Assembly (NCBI GenBank): GCA_016934675.1
Contig: JAFGSJ010000004.1
Location: forward strand, 12,799 to 76,798
Source: a bacterium
Lineage (GTDB): Bacteria; CSSED10-310; JAFGSJ01
Direction: 5' to 3'
Length of the DNA: 64,000 nucleotides
The number at the start of each line of letters is the position of its first letter. The first letter of the stretch is position 1. The notes beneath the pieces are model-generated. The model saw only the letters and a list, made by a program, of their open reading frames with translations. It was not told the DNA's origin and ran no database searches. The position numbers were made by a program, and so were the translations under genes. Positions 59,810 to 64,000 of the stretch are shown one piece after another.

Positions 59810-60199
59810 CTGATAACCCCCTTATTGTGACGCTGTGTTTTCTAACATCCACTCCCGACAGTTCGATTTATTTCTCGCAGATATGCCGTGCTTTTTCCTT
59901 AGGCAACATCCATGCCAGTTTGGGGAAAAATGCCTTCAAACCATACGCCATGCGGGAATCTGGTTCTTGAATCACAACCAGCATCGAACCGCACATACCT
60001 CCGGAGTTATTCTTAATCATGGGGAATCGATGATATGCATTGGTTCATCTGGAGCAGGGGACCCGATCAAATCAGACTTCTATCGATCATACCCGAGCAG
60101 GTATGCCAGCATAACCTCTTCCTTTTTAAGGCCTTTTCTGGTATAAGTGCTTCGATTTATCGAATGGATAATCATTCAACAGGGGGTAAACAGAATACA

Positions 60200-61006
60200 A
60201 TGACAGACAAAAAACTGCGTCCACCGGTAAAATGGCATGGTGGGAAACATTATCTTGCCCGATTGATCATTCAGAATTTTCCTGATCATCATACTTATGT
60301 AGAGCCATTTGGCGGAGCCGCATCCGTATTATTGAACAAGGAGCAGGCCCAGGTGGAGGTGTATAATGACCTGGACAGCCGTATCACGAGGCTCTTTAGA
60401 GTATTACGGGACCAGGGCGACGAGTTAAGACGCAGACTTGCTCTGACGCCGTACAGTGAAATCGAGTTTAATGGGGCCCGTGTTCCGTCTGATGATGAAA
60501 TCGAGCAGGCGAGAAGAGATTTTGTTCGCTGGCGGCTGTCACTGGGCGGTCGAGGAGAAGCGTTCAGCTACACTTTGCATAGGGTGAGACGCTCCATGGC
60601 GGATGTCGTGTCCGGATATCTATCGGCAATCGATGAACAGCTACCGTTGATTGTCGAAAGACTCCGCACGGTTGAAATCGTTTCACGACCTGCAATCGAG
60701 GTGATCGAAAAATGGGACAGTCCGGCCACATTGTTTTATTGCGATCCGCCTTATGTGCATACGACACGTCAAGAACACAGTCGCGATGTCTACGGCTATG
60801 AAATGTGCGAGGAAGAGCACTGTGCCTTGGCACATTGCCTTCACGGAATTGCCGGCAAGGTCGTCTTAAGCGGATACCCCTCACCACTGTATGACACATT
60901 GTACGGCGGATGGCGTCGGATCGAAGTGGATATTGCGAATCATGCAGCGGGCGGGAGAAACAAGGCCCGCGAGCGGGAATGCTTGTGGTTCAATTTCGAG
61001 GTATGA
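60200..61006 (+). CDS. Orphan DNA adenine methyltransferase (Dam/D12 class)
   Basis: KWHGGK, YVEPFGGAASV, EVYND, FYCDPPY; start moved to MTDKK. Confidence 0.93.
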   Translation: MTDKKLRPPVKWHGGKHYLARLIIQNFPDHHTYVEPFGGAASVLLNKEQAQVEVYNDLDSRITRLFRVLRDQGDELRRRLALTPYSEIEFNGARVPSDDEIEQARRDFVRWRLSLGGRGEAFSYTLHRVRRSMADVVSGYLSAIDEQLPLIVERLRTVEIVSRPAIEVIEKWDSPATLFYCDPPYVHTTRQEHSRDVYGYEMCEEEHCALAHCLHGIAGKVVLSGYPSPLYDTLYGGWRRIEVDIANHAAGGRNKARERECLWFNFEV

Positions 61007-61016
61007 GGTTTTCAAG

Positions 61017-62162
61017 ATGAAGCGACTCGTGGTGGTAGTGGTCGGATTGACCTATCCCTATCGGGGCGGCATTGCCCAGTATACGACCCGGTTGTGCCGG
61101 GAGTTGGGCGAGCGGCATCAGGTCCACTGCATCAATTATAAGCGTTTGTATCCCCGGCTGTTGTTCCCGGGCAAGACCCAGTACGATCTGAGTCAGAAGT
61201 GTGATCAAATCCCCAATGAACGGTTGGTCTCCGCACTCAGGCCATGTTCATGGTTCAAGGCTGCTCGACGCATATCCCAATATAGACCGGACCTGGTCTT
61301 GATCCAGTGGTGGCACCCGTTTTTTGCCCTGATGCAGGCGAGTCTGGTCAGAATGCTGAAAGAAACACATGTAGTGATCGAGTGTCATAACATCGAGCCG
61401 CATGAGCCCTCCCTGCTGGACCGACACTTGACCAGGCTGGCTTTGAGGAGTGCTCAGGCCCTGATCGTGCATTCGCGGACAGATGAAGCTGCTTTGAGCA
61501 CACTCGTGGGTCCCAAAAATATTTTTCGGCTCGACCATCCGGTCTATGATGCGTTTCCGGACACTCCGCAGGACCGCGATACGATCAAACAGGAACTGGG
61601 AATTCCTCGGGAGCACCCCGTTTTACTATTCTTTGGTTATGTCCGAAAATACAAGGGATTGGGGGTCCTGCTCGAAGCGCTGACCTTCTTCAAAGCAGAG
61701 GAAAGCCCCCATTTGATCGTAGCCGGTGAGTTCTATGAGCCATTGGCCAAGTATCAGGATTATATTGAAAGCGCCGGACTGAATGATCGGGTCAAGCTGG
61801 TGGCTGAGTATATCCCGAACGAGCAGGTGGCCCGTTACTTCCGGGTAGCTGATGCTTTGGTCCTGCCCTATCTGTCCGCATCGCAAAGCGGGGTCATGCA
61901 GATTGCCCGGGCCTTTCAGTGTCCGGTCGTTGCCAGCCGGGTCGGGGGACTGCCCGATCTGATCGATCCTGATCGTGATGGCTTCCTGGTCGAGCCGAAC
62001 GAGCCGCGTTTGTTATTCGAGGCCCTGGCCCAGGTCATTCGACCGGAAGTCAACAGCCGTCTGCGTCAGCATATGGAGAGTGGGCAGGTCGACTATTCCT
62101 GGGAGCGGTACAGGCTCGAGCTTGAACGGATCTACACCCGCTTGACAGAACGACCGGCTTGA
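61017..62162 (+). CDS. Glycosyltransferase family 4
   Basis: PYRGGIAQY, FFGYVRKYKG, LPYLSASQSGV, VGGLPD; start moved to MKRLVV. Confidence 0.93.
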   Translation: MKRLVVVVVGLTYPYRGGIAQYTTRLCRELGERHQVHCINYKRLYPRLLFPGKTQYDLSQKCDQIPNERLVSALRPCSWFKAARRISQYRPDLVLIQWWHPFFALMQASLVRMLKETHVVIECHNIEPHEPSLLDRHLTRLALRSAQALIVHSRTDEAALSTLVGPKNIFRLDHPVYDAFPDTPQDRDTIKQELGIPREHPVLLFFGYVRKYKGLGVLLEALTFFKAEESPHLIVAGEFYEPLAKYQDYIESAGLNDRVKLVAEYIPNEQVARYFRVADALVLPYLSASQSGVMQIARAFQCPVVASRVGGLPDLIDPDRDGFLVEPNEPRLLFEALAQVIRPEVNSRLRQHMESGQVDYSWERYRLELERIYTRLTERPA

Positions 62163-62281
62163 AATAAAAGGCCGGGAGAACTAGAACTGACAAAGCCGGA
62201 GCCGGTCTTCGGGCGATCGCTGACACGACGGCCAACCGGCATGCACACGGCGTCAATCACGAACAAAGGACATTGAAGACA

Positions 62282-63763
62282 ATGACTGAGCACAACGAAC
62301 AATTCCTGATCAGGGCCGAGAAACGTGAAGAGATGATTCGTGAGGGTGTCTGCCCCTACCTCGATCGATTCGAGCGCACTCATACCCTCAAGGAGGCGGA
62401 AACCTTGGCTGATGGCAGCGGGCCGGTGAAACTGGCCGGTCGCTTGATCTCGTTTAGGAGTTTCGGCAAGCTGATTTTCGGCCATATACAGGACCTCGAA
62501 GGTAAACTGCAAATCGCCATCGAGAAAAAAACGATCGGTGAGGAGCGATTCGCTCTCCTGAAAAAGTGGGTCGATATCGGTGATTTCCTTGGATGTTGCG
62601 GTCAGATTATCACGACCCGGACCGGAGAAAAGACCCTGGCGGTGAACGATTACGCGGTCTTGTCAAAAACATTACGGCCCTTACCGGAAAAATGGCATGG
62701 ATTGACTGATATCGAGACCCGATATCGCCAGCGTTATCTTGACCTGATCATGGACCGGCCCGGCGGACAACGGTTTTTTGTCCGGGCGGAGCTTTTGAAA
62801 CTTCTTCGACGTTACCTCGAGGCCCATAATTTCATCGAGGTGGACACACCCATACTTCAAACCAAGCCATCCGGAGCATTGGCCGTTCCGTTTGTGACGC
62901 ACCACCGGGCCCTGGACATGAATTGTTACCTGCGCATCGCTCCGGAAACATATTTGAAACGTTGCATTGCCGCCGGTTTCGACCGGGTGTACGAGCTGGG
63001 TCGCTGCTTTCGTAATGAGGGCATGGACCCGTCGCATCTTCAGGACTTCACCATGCTCGAATTTTACGCTGCATATTGGAATTTCGAGGACAATATGCGT
63101 TTTACCGAGGCCTTGGTCAAAGACCTGGTCCAGAAACTCAACGGTTCCCTCTGTCTCGATTACCGCGGGAAGACCATTGATTTCGGCGGTGAGTGGCCTC
63201 GCGTCTCTCTTCGTGAGTTGTTGATCAAGGACTGTGCCGTGGATATCGACCAGCATCCAACGGCTGATTCGCTTCGTCAGGCCCTGAAAGACAAAGGTAT
63301 CGAACTCGAAGATATGCACAAAGCAGGTCGAGGTAAAATTATCGATCAACTCTACAAAAAAGTATCACGCCCAGGCATTGTCAATCCGCTCTTTCTGATA
63401 TTTCATCCGATCGATCTTTCACCCTTGGCCCGGAGAAATGACCGGGACACCCAAATCACTGACCGTTTTCAACTGGTGATCAATGGCTGGGAGATGGTCA
63501 ACGCCTACTCCGAGCTGATCGATCCGATCGATCAGCGTCAGCGTTTCGAGGAGCAAGCCCGCCAGAAAGCCGGTGGAGATGAAGAAGCCCTGTCCATGGA
63601 TGAGGACTTCCTGCTCTGTATGGAACATGGTTTGCCGCCGGTCTCAGGCTGGGGCATGGGTATCGACCGCATGGTTTGCCTGTTGACCGGCCAGGACAAT
63701 CTGCGTGAAACGGTCCTTTTCCCCTTGATGAAACCGATTATAGAGAGCGAAGCCTCGATTTGA
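62282..63763 (+). CDS. lysS: Lysine--tRNA ligase (class II)
   Basis: LPEKWHGL, RYRQRYLDL, YLRIAPE, FRNEG, FTMLEFY, NAYSEL, GMGIDR. Confidence 0.97.
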   Translation: MTEHNEQFLIRAEKREEMIREGVCPYLDRFERTHTLKEAETLADGSGPVKLAGRLISFRSFGKLIFGHIQDLEGKLQIAIEKKTIGEERFALLKKWVDIGDFLGCCGQIITTRTGEKTLAVNDYAVLSKTLRPLPEKWHGLTDIETRYRQRYLDLIMDRPGGQRFFVRAELLKLLRRYLEAHNFIEVDTPILQTKPSGALAVPFVTHHRALDMNCYLRIAPETYLKRCIAAGFDRVYELGRCFRNEGMDPSHLQDFTMLEFYAAYWNFEDNMRFTEALVKDLVQKLNGSLCLDYRGKTIDFGGEWPRVSLRELLIKDCAVDIDQHPTADSLRQALKDKGIELEDMHKAGRGKIIDQLYKKVSRPGIVNPLFLIFHPIDLSPLARRNDRDTQITDRFQLVINGWEMVNAYSELIDPIDQRQRFEEQARQKAGGDEEALSMDEDFLLCMEHGLPPVSGWGMGIDRMVCLLTGQDNLRETVLFPLMKPIIESEASI

Positions 63764-64000
63764 TGGCACTCTGATTGGGATTTATGGCCAACGATTTGCG
63801 GTAGGCGTTTTTGGCTTCGTTTTTGTTTCCGCTTTTTCGGTGAAGATCACCGAGTTTATTCCAAATTTCATAATTATTTACGTCAAGCTGGGTAGCCCGG
63901 TTTAAATGTTCGGAAGCCTGGCTGTATTTCTTCTGTGATTGATAAAGTTCGGCCAGGCCGACGTGGGCTGAGCTGTCATCCGGATAATCAGCCAGATACT
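63738..64000 (-). CDS. TPR protein, C-terminal part (runs off window end)
   Basis: Not in ORF track; hand translation AHVGLAELYQSQKKYSQASEHL...WNKLGDLHRKSGNKNEAKNAYRKSLAINPNQ; stop overlaps lysS 3' end. Confidence 0.85.
   Translation of the reverse strand, partial: YLADYPDDSSAHVGLAELYQSQKKYSQASEHLNRATQLDVNNYEIWNKLGDLHRKSGNKNEAKNAYRKSLAINPNQSAIKSRLRSL

Noticed and set aside
1-64000. CRISPR arrays, tRNA/rRNA, transposases, integrases, prophage
   Set aside because: No regular repeat-spacer units, cloverleaf motifs or mobile-element protein motifs seen by manual reading

Overview
Bacterial chromosomal window from a diderm organism (outer-membrane beta-barrels, LPS-type GT9 heptosyltransferase, many lipoproteins). 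I found no rRNA, tRNA, CRISPR array or intact mobile element. Core genes (smc, gmd, ppk1, dapF, guaB, rpoD, lysS, FKBP PPIase) are interleaved with accessory blocks. These include a complete oleABCD olefin/beta-lactone operon, a four-gene polyphosphate operon (ppk1, stand-alone HD, CYTH-CHAD, double-domain PPK2), a three-gene glycan cassette and a Ser/Thr kinase-STAND-TPR protein. The most unusual content is a set of exported enzymes: an animal-type protein-arginine deiminase (PAD) lipoprotein lying between a circularly permuted ATP-grasp ligase and a coupled secreted helical protein, and an animal-type transglutaminase with an IPTL-CTERM-like anchor. Five unrelated lipoproteins share an Asp-rich patch just after the lipidated Cys, a possible surface-export signal. 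Two edge ORFs absent from the supplied track were translated by hand (a Cys-rich GH20-like protein and a TPR protein), and three gene remnants were found (MTTase N-terminus, GxxExxY, sulfatase C-terminus). All family calls rest on motifs recognised by eye; no database searches were run.
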